A DNA stretch of 64,000 bases from assembly GCA_965203355.1 (NCBI GenBank), contig OZ241889.1:768001-832000 (forward strand). Direction: 5' to 3'. This DNA comes from Candidatus Latescibacterota bacterium. GTDB taxonomy: Bacteria; Latescibacterota; UBA2968; UBA8231. A model generated the notes under the pieces. That model was not told the DNA's origin and did no database searches. It worked only from the letters and a program-made list of their open reading frames with translations. A program made the position numbers and the translations under genes. Positions 8,896 to 17,734 of the stretch are shown one piece after another (the stretch's first letter is position 1; every line of letters begins with the position of its first letter).

Positions 8896-9684
8896 CTACG
8901 GTGCTTCTGGTGCTGGACGCGGTGCTGGCATCGCTGAGAAGGCGTCCTCGCCTTCACCCGCGGTGATGGCAGAAAACTGCACGTATCCCCACATGTGCGG
9001 TTCGTGCATGTTGATCACCCCCATCGGCGACCACACCCAATTGTCGCAGGGTACGCCCTCTTTCTTCAAATAACCGCTCTTGTAGCATTCGAACTCCCAT
9101 TCGACGCGAGAGAAGTTGACCCGCCAGCGGTCGCCGGGGTTGGGCGGGCAGGCGGTACCGGCGTATTTTTCCATGCTGCTCCAAGGGATAGCCACCTCTG
9201 CCGACCAACCCCGATCTATATCGTCCGAGCAATTGAGGGTGCCGTCGATCTGCACGGCGTGCTTGATGCCTTCAAAGTCGAAGCCCCAATCGGCCTCGCC
9301 GCCTCGGTTGTATTGCTTGGGTAGGTAGAGGTCCCAAGCCACGTTGAGCGGGTTGATCTCAAATTCCATATAGTGTTCGCCATCGTCGTCTGGGTCGATG
9401 AAAATCTCGAAGTCGTTGTCGTTGCAAATGACCGAGTCGCGCTTAGTCAGCGTACCCCATACGTGCGGCTCTTCCATATCGGCACCAAAGTAGAAATAGT
9501 CGTCGTCCCACAGCATGGCGACCCGGGTGGCGAAGCGGGGCAGGGGCTTCTTATCCCCTTCGATATCGACGAACAAAGGGGTGCGGGATGTGCGCTTCCA
9601 GGACGCTTCGGTGAGGTGGCCGTCGATGGTGAGTGTTTCTTTGGCGCGGTAGCACATGTATTGCTCGGGAATGATCAGGCTCAT
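8896..9684 (-). CDS. Carbohydrate-binding family 9-like (DOMON-like) protein
   Basis: IDGHLTEASW, MLWDDDYFY, DFEIFIDPD, WSAEVAIPW, WRVNFSR, NWVWSP, MHEP motifs; start MSLII with AAGGAG RBS. Confidence 0.85.
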   Translation of the reverse strand: MSLIIPEQYMCYRAKETLTIDGHLTEASWKRTSRTPLFVDIEGDKKPLPRFATRVAMLWDDDYFYFGADMEEPHVWGTLTKRDSVICNDNDFEIFIDPDDDGEHYMEFEINPLNVAWDLYLPKQYNRGGEADWGFDFEGIKHAVQIDGTLNCSDDIDRGWSAEVAIPWSSMEKYAGTACPPNPGDRWRVNFSRVEWEFECYKSGYLKKEGVPCDNWVWSPMGVINMHEPHMWGYVQFSAITAGEGEDAFSAMPAPRPAPEAP

Positions 9685-9719
9685 TGAGTGTCTCCTTGGT
9701 TTTGAGAATAGGCTGAGTG

Positions 9720-10010
9720 AGATACGAGAAGCGCAATCGCTGCTCGCGCGGATCGTCAAAATTGTCTGGGGCTAACCAAGCCTCCGGCTCCAGCCACTCC
9801 GCATCAATCGCTGCGTACTACGTAGTGTCCCGGTTGCGCCCGTTATAGACCCTTGCTTGGCGAAAGATTCCCTCAAACGAAAGTCCCAGACGTTGAGCGG
9901 CTGCCCGCGATGCTTGGTTCAAGTTGTCGCATTTCCACGAATAGTACCGATAGCCCAATTCAAATGCCTACTTCGGCTGTCCGAGTCTATTAGTGCGGTA
10001 GTTTTGCGGC
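9720..10010 (-). pseudogene. RimJ/RimL-type GNAT acetyltransferase pseudogene
   Basis: One frame reads [66 protein letters not shown]...WLAPDNFD: two amber stops and an apparent internal deletion. Confidence 0.8.
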
Positions 10011-10213
10011 GGCTCAAGCCAATCCGTTCCAGCCATCCGCCCCGGCACTCGTCTGCTGCTTGAAAGGCAAAGACAGATTCACTACCTTGCGCCAACACAA
10101 TCTAACGCCCGCCCTGGGCTTAGCAAAGGCCCGCCGCCGAAGCGGTTTGGACGGCTTGGGTGCTTTTGAAGAGTGTTGGGAAGTTCGTAGAAATTTTAGC
10201 GGAGGAGTTTCCG

Positions 10214-11656
10214 ATGGCGGATTCAATTCATTTGTTGAGCGACGAAGAGGTACAGCGGTTTATCGTGGATGGATGTCTAACTGTGCAGGCGGCTTATCCT
10301 CCCGCCTTTCACGCCGGTATTCGCGATCAGATCGAGGCGGTTTTCGCGGAAGAAGGCAATCCCGGAAATAACATTTTGCCTCGGGTTCCGCAGATCGGGC
10401 GCGTGTTTGAACACCCCAATGTACAGGGTGCTCTGACCAGTTTATTGGGGCCAGATTACATTTTGAATCCCCATCGACATTGCCACTTGAATCCGCCTGG
10501 GCGCAGAGGACAGCAATGGCACAAGGATTGTTATGTGTACGATCACAATTTGCGGCATCCGAGATTTTATTGGGTGCTCGCTTTTTACTTTCCGCAAGAT
10601 ACGACAGAGGATATGGGGCCGTCGGGGGTGTTGCCCGGGATGCAGATGTACAAAACCATTAGCGATGCGGATCCCGAGCAAACGCAGGAAGAAGCGCGGG
10701 CATTTTGCGGTCCTGCGGGGACGGTGGCACTCATTCACTTTGATTCTTGGCATCGCGCAACAGAGAATGTCAGTGCTAAAAATCGGTATATGCTGAAGTT
10801 TCAGTTTGCGCGGACGCGGGAGCCAGAGAAACCGACTTGGAATCATCAAAGTCGCACGTGGTCGCCCGGCATTGAGGATCGGCATCCGGCCATATCGCGC
10901 GACGTCTGGCACTGGTTGTGCAGAAAGCCCCCAAAGAAACACCAGCCTCCAAATGACAATATGAAAGACTTGCTCTCGGTCTTAAAGCGCGGATCAGAGT
11001 GCGATCGATTGGACGCGGCGTATGGGCTGGCCGAGTTTGGTGCGCCGGCCGTGCCTGAACTCGTCGCCGCCATGCGGGAGGAAGCACTGGCCGCGATTGA
11101 AGAGACCGAGGCCAAAACGCCGGACAATGCCCACGGAACGAATCCCACGAGTGGTTGTGCGGCGCTGGCACTGGCGTCAATAGGCGAACCGGCCGCCGGG
11201 GCTTTGGCGGGGATGTTGTCCGATGAGCACTGGTGGGTGCGAGCGGTCGCCGCCCATGTGTTGGGACGCTTGGGCGCGAGCGCAATGGAGGCAGAACCCG
11301 CTCTGAGAAAGGCGATGTGCGATCGCCACTGGTGGGTGCGCCGCAATGCGATTGAGGCTTTGGGTGCCGTTGGCGTTTTTTCCGCTGCGCTGATTGTCGA
11401 CCTGACAGACGCGCTGGGCGATGAGGACTACCGCGTGCGCCGCAATGCCGCGCTGACCTTGGCCAAGTGTGGCGAGGCGGGTTGTATCGCGCTTGAGGCA
11501 TTGCGCGAGATGCTCGATGACGAGAATCGCTACAACCGATTTTACGCCGCCTATGGGTTAAAACAAATTGACACGCCCGATGCACGGGACATTTTGCTCC
11601 GCTCCCTTTTCAACACGCGCTGGTGCTCCATTACGACAAAAGACGATCTCTATTGA
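10214..11656 (+). CDS. Phytanoyl-CoA dioxygenase (PhyH) family protein fused to HEAT repeats
   Basis: WHKD and WHRA Fe(II)/2OG motifs; C-terminal repeats such as DEHWWVRAVAA and DEDYRVRRNAA; GGAGGAG RBS. Confidence 0.88.
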   Translation: MADSIHLLSDEEVQRFIVDGCLTVQAAYPPAFHAGIRDQIEAVFAEEGNPGNNILPRVPQIGRVFEHPNVQGALTSLLGPDYILNPHRHCHLNPPGRRGQQWHKDCYVYDHNLRHPRFYWVLAFYFPQDTTEDMGPSGVLPGMQMYKTISDADPEQTQEEARAFCGPAGTVALIHFDSWHRATENVSAKNRYMLKFQFARTREPEKPTWNHQSRTWSPGIEDRHPAISRDVWHWLCRKPPKKHQPPNDNMKDLLSVLKRGSECDRLDAAYGLAEFGAPAVPELVAAMREEALAAIEETEAKTPDNAHGTNPTSGCAALALASIGEPAAGALAGMLSDEHWWVRAVAAHVLGRLGASAMEAEPALRKAMCDRHWWVRRNAIEALGAVGVFSAALIVDLTDALGDEDYRVRRNAALTLAKCGEAGCIALEALREMLDDENRYNRFYAAYGLKQIDTPDARDILLRSLFNTRWCSITTKDDLY

Positions 11657-11688
11657 GTCCCGACCACAGGCAAAAAAAGGATGCTTCC

Positions 11689-12783
11689 ATGTCCGAACAC
11701 ATTACCATTCTCGGCGGCGGCAATACGGCATTTGCCACGGCGGCAAATCTGACCCTGAAAGGTTTTGATATTACGCTTTGCGAACTGCCAGAGTTTGGGT
11801 ACACACTCGATCCAGTACGCGACCAAGGCGTGATTCACTTGGTGGGGGTTGAAGAGACGGGAGCGGCAAAAATTCACTGCATGACCACGGATATTGGAGC
11901 GGCACTGAATGCGTCTGACTTGATCCTGTTAATCGCGCCGGCGTATGCCCACAAACCATTTGCCATGGCCTGCGCCCCCCATCTCAGAGCCGAACACATG
12001 GTCGTGCTGATGCCGGGCACATGGGGCACATTGGAATGGGCGACGCTATTGCGCGACCAAGGAGTAGCAGACATCGTGCTTGCGGAGGTGGATACCGCGC
12101 CTTACGTGTGTCGGAAAACAGCGCCGGATACCGCGACGATTTGGGGTGCCGTGACGGGCTTGGGCTTGGGGGTGTTGCCAGCGACCGCAACAGGCCGCGT
12201 GTGCGCTCGTTTGTCGCCGCTGTTCCCGGGCATTCAGACTTATCCCACTGTGATGCCCTGTGGTTTGTCTGCGATGAATCCGGTCGTGCATCCTGCGGGC
12301 GTGTTGATGAACGCGGGACGAATCGAGTATTCGCACGGTGAGTTCTATTTCTACGAAGAAGGGGTGTCTCCATCGGTGGCAGCGACGATCATGGCTGTGG
12401 ATGCAGAGCGGCGGGCCATTGCAACCGCTTTGGGTTGCGATATCGTAGCGGCCGATGAAGCGTTTTACCGGGCGGGTTTTGGCCCTCGGGGGGATTTGTG
12501 GGCAACGATCAATGGCAGCCGAATGCTCACGCAACTCAAAGCGCCCGGTTCGCTCGAAAGCCGCTGGCTCAGCGAGGATATTCCATACGGTCTTTCAACT
12601 TGGCACGATGTGGGCGCGCAATACGGCGTGGACGCGCCTTTGATGCGCGGGTTGGTGGATATCGGGTCCGTAGTGATGGGAACTGATGGGTGGGCCACGG
12701 GGCGGAGTGTGCGCGAACTGGGCATTGAGGGCATGGACTTGGATACCTTAAATGCGTTTTTGCAAACGGGTCTTGCACTGTGA
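11689..12783 (+). CDS. NAD/NADP octopine/nopaline (opine) dehydrogenase family
   Basis: ILGGGN Rossmann motif, NPVVHPAG, FYFYEEG, RWLSEDIPYGL. Confidence 0.9.
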   Translation: MSEHITILGGGNTAFATAANLTLKGFDITLCELPEFGYTLDPVRDQGVIHLVGVEETGAAKIHCMTTDIGAALNASDLILLIAPAYAHKPFAMACAPHLRAEHMVVLMPGTWGTLEWATLLRDQGVADIVLAEVDTAPYVCRKTAPDTATIWGAVTGLGLGVLPATATGRVCARLSPLFPGIQTYPTVMPCGLSAMNPVVHPAGVLMNAGRIEYSHGEFYFYEEGVSPSVAATIMAVDAERRAIATALGCDIVAADEAFYRAGFGPRGDLWATINGSRMLTQLKAPGSLESRWLSEDIPYGLSTWHDVGAQYGVDAPLMRGLVDIGSVVMGTDGWATGRSVRELGIEGMDLDTLNAFLQTGLAL

Positions 12784-13782
12784 ATGCGAATCGCGGAAAC
12801 AAGCCGGTCGGAGTCTAAGCAAGCCCTGCTCCCAGTACCAGTTGATCGTCCGCGTCAATCCTTCCTCTTGGTCTGTGTAGGCCAGCCCCAACTCAGCGGC
12901 GGCCCGGCTTCCGTCGGCGCGAAAACCGTGCGCGGCGAGGCGATAGGTTTCCCACGACAGGACGGGCGGGCTGCGGGTTAGGCGCGACAGGGCCTCGCCG
13001 CCGAGCGCGTAGGGAGCGGCCAGTGGAGCGGGTATGGTCGGCGGCGATCGGCGCCCGGCCAGTTGACAGACCAATTGGCCGAGTTCGGTCAGTTGGCCGA
13101 CTATGCTCGCGAGTATATAGCGTTCCCCGATGCGGCCCTTTTCAGCCGCCAGCACGTGCCCTCGCGCCGCGTCGTCAAGGTACACCAAGCTCATCCAGCC
13201 GGGAAAGAGCGCGGGCACCCGGCCGTTGAGCAGGTTAATGATAAAGCGCCCGGAGGGCTTGCGATCACCCGGACCGTAGATGGCAGCGGGCTGGACGCAA
13301 ATGAGCGGCACTCCTTTATCTGCATACGCGAACGCCACCTGCTCGGCGGCGCGTTTAGCCTTTTCATAACTTGAGAGAAAGTAGCCGCGGTGAACCGTTG
13401 TCTCAGTGGCGATTTGGCCTTTGGCCTCGCCAATGCAGGCGGCGGTACTGGTATAGACGACCTTGCCGACGCCGACCGCCAACGCCGCCGCCATGGCATT
13501 GCGGGTCCCCTCGGTTTCAGTGGCCAAGAGTTCGGCCTCGTCCAACCCCCACAAATCGTAGAGGGCCGCGGCGTGGAAGAGGGTATCGCAACCTGCGAGC
13601 GCGGCTTCGATGCTAGCGCGAACGAGGATGTCGCCGCGGACGATTTCGACGCCTAGCCCCTCCAGTGCCTCGGTCTGACTAGTGGGTCGCGCCAGCACCC
13701 GGACGTGAGCACCGCCAGCGATGAGCGCACGGACCAAGGCCCCGCCGATAAAGCCGGTGCCGCCAGTGACCAACGCCTTCAT
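12748..13782 (-). CDS. NAD-dependent epimerase/dehydratase (HpnA/dihydroflavonol reductase-like)
   Basis: VTGGTGFIG, FHAAA, YEKAK, IYGPGD. Confidence 0.88.
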   Translation of the reverse strand: MKALVTGGTGFIGGALVRALIAGGAHVRVLARPTSQTEALEGLGVEIVRGDILVRASIEAALAGCDTLFHAAALYDLWGLDEAELLATETEGTRNAMAAALAVGVGKVVYTSTAACIGEAKGQIATETTVHRGYFLSSYEKAKRAAEQVAFAYADKGVPLICVQPAAIYGPGDRKPSGRFIINLLNGRVPALFPGWMSLVYLDDAARGHVLAAEKGRIGERYILASIVGQLTELGQLVCQLAGRRSPPTIPAPLAAPYALGGEALSRLTRSPPVLSWETYRLAAHGFRADGSRAAAELGLAYTDQEEGLTRTINWYWEQGLLRLRPACFRDSHSQCKTRLQKRI

Positions 13783-13789
13783 TGAGCCG

Positions 13790-15082
13790 CTATAGGTCGT
13801 ATCCTACTTCGCCGTGCTCGCTCAAGTCGAGTCCATCGGCCTCGGTCTCTTCATTGACGCGCAGGCCGCTGGCTAAGTCGATGACCTTGAGAATGATAAA
13901 CGAGACGATTAGGGTGTAAACGGCTGTGCCGACGGCGGCGAAGGCTTGGATGCCGAACTGCTTGCCCATGTTGAGGCCCTCGACGGTGCCGCCTAAGGAG
14001 GTCGAGGCGAAGAAGGACACCAGCAAGACGCCGACCAAGCCACCGAAGCCGTGAACCCCTACTACATCGAGCGCGTCGTCGTACCCGCAGGTGCGCTTGA
14101 GCCAAGTGGCGGCCCAATAGGCGACGAGACCAGAGCACAGACCGATGGCAAAAGCACCGAGCGGCCCCACCGTGCCCGAGGCCGGAGTAATGGCCGCCAG
14201 ACCGGCGATCGCACCAGTGGCAAAACCGAGCGCACTGGGTTTGCCGTTTTTGATCCATTCGATGAAAATCCAAGTCAGCGCCGCGACGCTGGGCGAGATT
14301 TGGGTGACCACGACCGCCATGGCCGCCTGCCCATTAGCCGCCAAGGCACTGCCGCCGTTGAAGCCAAACCACCCCACCCAAAGCATGGCCGTGCCGACGA
14401 GGTTCATGGTCATATTGTGCGGAGGCATGGGCCGCTCGGGATAGCCGGTGCGCTTGCCGACGAGGATCGCGGCGACCAACGCGGCCGCCCCGGCGGTAAT
14501 GTGGACGACGATGCCGCCGGCAAAGTCAAAGACGCCCATTGCCTTCAAGTAGCCGCCCTCTCCCCAGACCATGTGCGTGATGGGCAGATAAACCAAAACG
14601 CACCACAGCCCACTAAACCACAGCACGGCCGAAAACTTCATGCGCTCGGCAAAGGCACCGACAAAAAGCCCGGGGGTGATAATGGCAAACGTCATCTGGA
14701 AGACGAAGAAGAGCAACTCCGGGATGGTCCCCACAAGGCTGTCCACAGTGACGCCATTGAGAAAGGACTTGGACAGGTTGCCGATGAAGGGGTTGCTGGC
14801 CGTAAAGGCCAAGCTATAACCGAAAATGGTCCACAAGACCGTGATCAGGGCCACAATCCCAAAGCAGTGCATATAGACCGACAGCACGTTGCGAGTGCGG
14901 ACCAAACCAGCGTAAAACATGGCCAAGCCGGGTATCATCATAAAGAGGACCAAGCCGGTGGAAATCAGAATCCAAGCCGTGTCGCCGGTGTCGAGCTTGT
15001 CTTCGGCGAAGGTAGCATTGGGCATTGCAAGAAAAGTAAGAGCGAGCAGGGCGAGGAGGCCCCATTTTCTGCGAACCAGCAT
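13790..15082 (-). CDS. amtB: Ammonium transporter
   Basis: FQMTFAIIT, DFAGGIVVH, WFGFNGGS, DDALDVVGVHG, GLDLSEHGE. Confidence 0.97.
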   Translation of the reverse strand: MLVRRKWGLLALLALTFLAMPNATFAEDKLDTGDTAWILISTGLVLFMMIPGLAMFYAGLVRTRNVLSVYMHCFGIVALITVLWTIFGYSLAFTASNPFIGNLSKSFLNGVTVDSLVGTIPELLFFVFQMTFAIITPGLFVGAFAERMKFSAVLWFSGLWCVLVYLPITHMVWGEGGYLKAMGVFDFAGGIVVHITAGAAALVAAILVGKRTGYPERPMPPHNMTMNLVGTAMLWVGWFGFNGGSALAANGQAAMAVVVTQISPSVAALTWIFIEWIKNGKPSALGFATGAIAGLAAITPASGTVGPLGAFAIGLCSGLVAYWAATWLKRTCGYDDALDVVGVHGFGGLVGVLLVSFFASTSLGGTVEGLNMGKQFGIQAFAAVGTAVYTLIVSFIILKVIDLASGLRVNEETEADGLDLSEHGEVGYDL

Positions 15083-15240
15083 GTCGAACCCCCTTTAGGT
15101 GCGAACTAAGTGGAATGTGTGCAGGAAAAAGATAAATAAGAAAATTTGGGCCGTTGCCCAAGCGTTGATTACAACTCTGTCAAACTAGCATGACAAAAAT
15201 GGCGAGGAAGGAGCGCGATTTTGCCGCGAAAGCAGCGGCG

Positions 15241-15699
15241 TTAGTGGAGTAATAGTTTGCGAATTGCCTGCTGTCGATAGGCAAAAATGCGTTTGAGCTG
15301 GAGTTTGACTAAAGGCAAACCGACTGCGCTCAGCGGCCACAGCGGTAGGCGGTAGAGGATGCGGTCGCCGATTACGGTGCCCTCGCTGCTTTCGGCGAAA
15401 GTATGGGTGTGGTGCCAAAAGCTATAGGGCCCCTTGAGTTGTTCGTCCACAAAAGCATGGGGCGGGTCCCAGCGTGCGATCCGCGAACGCCAAGTGAAAG
15501 GCAGGCCAAAGAGACTGAGCTGGTAGTCGATCAAGGTTCCCTCGGCGATGTCTATTGGCGTAGGGCTGATGATACGGAAACCCAACTCAGGCGGAGTAAT
15601 GCGCTCGAGATTTTGCGCCTCGGCGAAGAAGGCAAAGACCTCATCGCGCCCGAGGGGCAAGGTCATCGATGCTTCGAAAACGCGATTTTTAGGCAGCAT
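15241..15699 (-). CDS. SRPBCC family protein
   Basis: NLERITPP, FVDEQLKGPY, WHHTH, IFAYR motifs. Confidence 0.88.
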   Translation of the reverse strand: MLPKNRVFEASMTLPLGRDEVFAFFAEAQNLERITPPELGFRIISPTPIDIAEGTLIDYQLSLFGLPFTWRSRIARWDPPHAFVDEQLKGPYSFWHHTHTFAESSEGTVIGDRILYRLPLWPLSAVGLPLVKLQLKRIFAYRQQAIRKLLLH

Positions 15700-16660
15700 G
15701 ATCGCGAACAATTTGGTCCATGACTCGGCTAGTGCGGGCGGCGCTTTCACCGGTGCTGGGACATTCGCCCCGGCCCAACAGGGCATTGACGACGGTTTGG
15801 ATCAGGGGTTGCTGTACATGTTGGGGTGGGTCAATGGCAAAGGTTTGGGTCCCGGCATTGGTGATCAATTCGACCGGGGTGAAGGCGAACGTGGAAAAGG
15901 CGATTCGGCCCTTGTCGCCGACGATTTCGATCCGGTCGCAGGGCTGGTCGGCGGCGAAGTTCCAGACTCCTGCGCCGAGTGTGCCGGATTTGAATGCGAA
16001 GCTGGCGGTAACAGCATCTTCGGCTTGGTAGAGCTTGGCTTGGTTGGTGGCGTGGCCCGAGGCTTGGGCGATGGGGCCGAGCAGAAAGTCGAGGAAGTCG
16101 AGTTGGTGCGCGGCTAGATCGAAGAAATAGCCGCCCCCCGAGATGGCTGGGATGACGCGCCAAGGCAGGTCGTGGGGATCCTCTGCTGCGGGTTGGCAGA
16201 GCGCAATAGAGGCGAAGCGCACCGCGCCGATGACCCCTTCCTCGACCAGCGACTGGACCTTGAGAAAAGCAGGTAGGGCGCGGCGGTAGTAGGCGACAAA
16301 AAGCGGCACCCCGGCCCGACGGCAGGCGTCGATCATCGCCAAACACTCGCCGTGGTTGCGCGCCATTGGCTTTTCGACGTAAACAGGTTTGCCTGCTCGG
16401 GCGACTTGGGTCGTGTAGTGAGCGTGGGTATCGGGGGGCGTCGCGATATAAACCGCATTGACGTCCGGATCGCCAATGAGTGCGTCGGCTCGGTCGTACC
16501 ATCTGGGCACGCCGTGGCGCACGGCATAATCGCGGGCTTTGTCCGCGCTGCGGCGCATGACCGCCACCAGCGCGGAATCGCACGTCTTGTACAGCGCAGG
16601 GCCGCTCTTTACTTCTGTAACGTCGCCGCAGCCGATGATACCCCAGCGAATTGTAGCCAT
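15689..16660 (-). CDS. Gfo/Idh/MocA oxidoreductase
   Basis: WGIIGCG, YIATPP, VEKP, DLAAH. Confidence 0.92.
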   Translation of the reverse strand: MATIRWGIIGCGDVTEVKSGPALYKTCDSALVAVMRRSADKARDYAVRHGVPRWYDRADALIGDPDVNAVYIATPPDTHAHYTTQVARAGKPVYVEKPMARNHGECLAMIDACRRAGVPLFVAYYRRALPAFLKVQSLVEEGVIGAVRFASIALCQPAAEDPHDLPWRVIPAISGGGYFFDLAAHQLDFLDFLLGPIAQASGHATNQAKLYQAEDAVTASFAFKSGTLGAGVWNFAADQPCDRIEIVGDKGRIAFSTFAFTPVELITNAGTQTFAIDPPQHVQQPLIQTVVNALLGRGECPSTGESAARTSRVMDQIVRDHAA

Positions 16661-16671
16661 GAAATGTTCTC

Positions 16672-16725
16672 CAGCCGAGCGAGTTAGGCGGCCTGTTGGA
16701 CGATGGCGAGCAGGCTGTCGCCGTA
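16672..16725 (-). repeat. Displaced copy of the recQ 3' end (54-bp direct repeat, left)
   Basis: 53/54 identical to 17681-17734; encodes YGDSLLAIVQQAA*. Confidence 0.95.
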
Positions 16726-16896
16726 CCTATTTGCGACTCGATGGCGACTCCCCTTAAAGTAGCAAAAATTTTCCTAACCGCGAAGTTCTCCTATACTTAT
16801 GTCAATTATGTCCATAGCCCATGCAAGAAAGTGTAGTTGACGTGCTAGGCATCGTCTTGGAATTGGCCTTGAGCCGCAAGGCCAGCGGAGCGCACC

Positions 16897-17394
16897 GTGA
16901 ATAGCAAGCTGGCTAGTCTCCCCGTCGTTTACTTGGAGACGACGGTGGTGAGTTACCTCGCGGCCAAGCCAAGCCGCGAGGTAGTCATAGCCGGACATCA
17001 GCAATCGACCCAAGAATGGTGGGAGCATAGGAGACAGGACTTCAGAGTCGTTGCTTCGCAACTGGTCCTCCAAGAGGCCGGTGGAGGTGATGTACAGGTA
17101 GCCCAGCGCAGACTGGATATACTGAAAAGTGTGGAGTTACTCGAAATCACCCCAAACGCGACCGCTTTGGCTCATGCGTTAGTAGAGAATGCCGCAATTC
17201 CTAAGACTTCTCTTGAGGATGCCTTGCACGTTGCGGTCGCCGTAGTCAACCGCTGTACGTATCTGATGACGTGGAACTATCGCCATTTAGCTGGCGCAAG
17301 TGCGCGAGCGCGAATTGAGGCATTCTGTCGAGATAAAGGATATGAGCCGGCGATCATTTGTACGCCGGAGGAACTTTTGGAGGATGCGCCATGA
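16897..17394 (+). CDS. PIN-domain (VapC-like) toxin
   Basis: VYLETTVVSYL, EDALHVAVA, LMTWNYRH, ICTPEEL. Confidence 0.88.
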   Translation: MNSKLASLPVVYLETTVVSYLAAKPSREVVIAGHQQSTQEWWEHRRQDFRVVASQLVLQEAGGGDVQVAQRRLDILKSVELLEITPNATALAHALVENAAIPKTSLEDALHVAVAVVNRCTYLMTWNYRHLAGASARARIEAFCRDKGYEPAIICTPEELLEDAP

Positions 17395-17576
17395 AAGATG
17401 ATCCCATCGTCGCCGAAGTGCGGCGCATTAGACAGGAACATGCCGCACGGTTTGGTTACGACTTAGATTTGATCGTCGCAGATCTCAAAGCACAAGAGCA
17501 GGCCAGCGGTCGGCAGTATATTCGATTGCCCTTCCGTCGTTTGGCTGACCAGAATACGGAGCCGCCGACCGCTTAG
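17391..17576 (+). CDS. Small partner protein of the PIN gene (putative antitoxin)
   Basis: MKDDPIVAEVRRIRQEHAARFGYDL; ATGA overlap; GGAGG RBS. Confidence 0.75.
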   Translation: MKDDPIVAEVRRIRQEHAARFGYDLDLIVADLKAQEQASGRQYIRLPFRRLADQNTEPPTA

Positions 17577-17680
17577 ATCGACCGTCGGCAGCACGATTAT
17601 TTTTGGCGACGCAGATGCCGAGCCGCTATAGCAGGTAACGGCCCTCGGATCGGTGGGCATTGAATCCCGCTACCTCCAGA

Positions 17681-17734
17681 CAGCCGAGCGAGTTAGGCGG
17701 CCTGTTGGACGATGGCGAGCAGGCCGTCGCCGTA
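17681..17734 (-). repeat. 54-bp direct repeat, right (functional recQ 3' end)
   Basis: Matches 16672-16725. Confidence 0.95.

Larger units (their letters stand above)
16726..17680. mobile_element. ~1 kb integrase-less TA mini-island inserted at the recQ 3' end
   Basis: Bounded by 54-bp direct repeats; carries a PIN gene and a small partner opposite to the flanking genes. Confidence 0.7.

Noticed and set aside
9720-10010. Amber (TAG) recoding suggested by in-frame TAGs at likely Trp positions
   Set aside because: Conserved genes here (amtB, icd, tgt) end at TAG in the expected place, and the fragment also has a deletion, so it is a pseudogene.
12748-12783. Functional significance of the 36-bp convergent overlap between the opine dehydrogenase and epimerase genes
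   Set aside because: Most simply stop-codon loss or a junction effect; there is no further evidence.
14051-15109. Long antisense/alternative-frame ORFs (this one and many others in the ORF track)
   Set aside because: They overlap well-supported genes, lack motifs and RBS, and are expected shadows in high-GC DNA.
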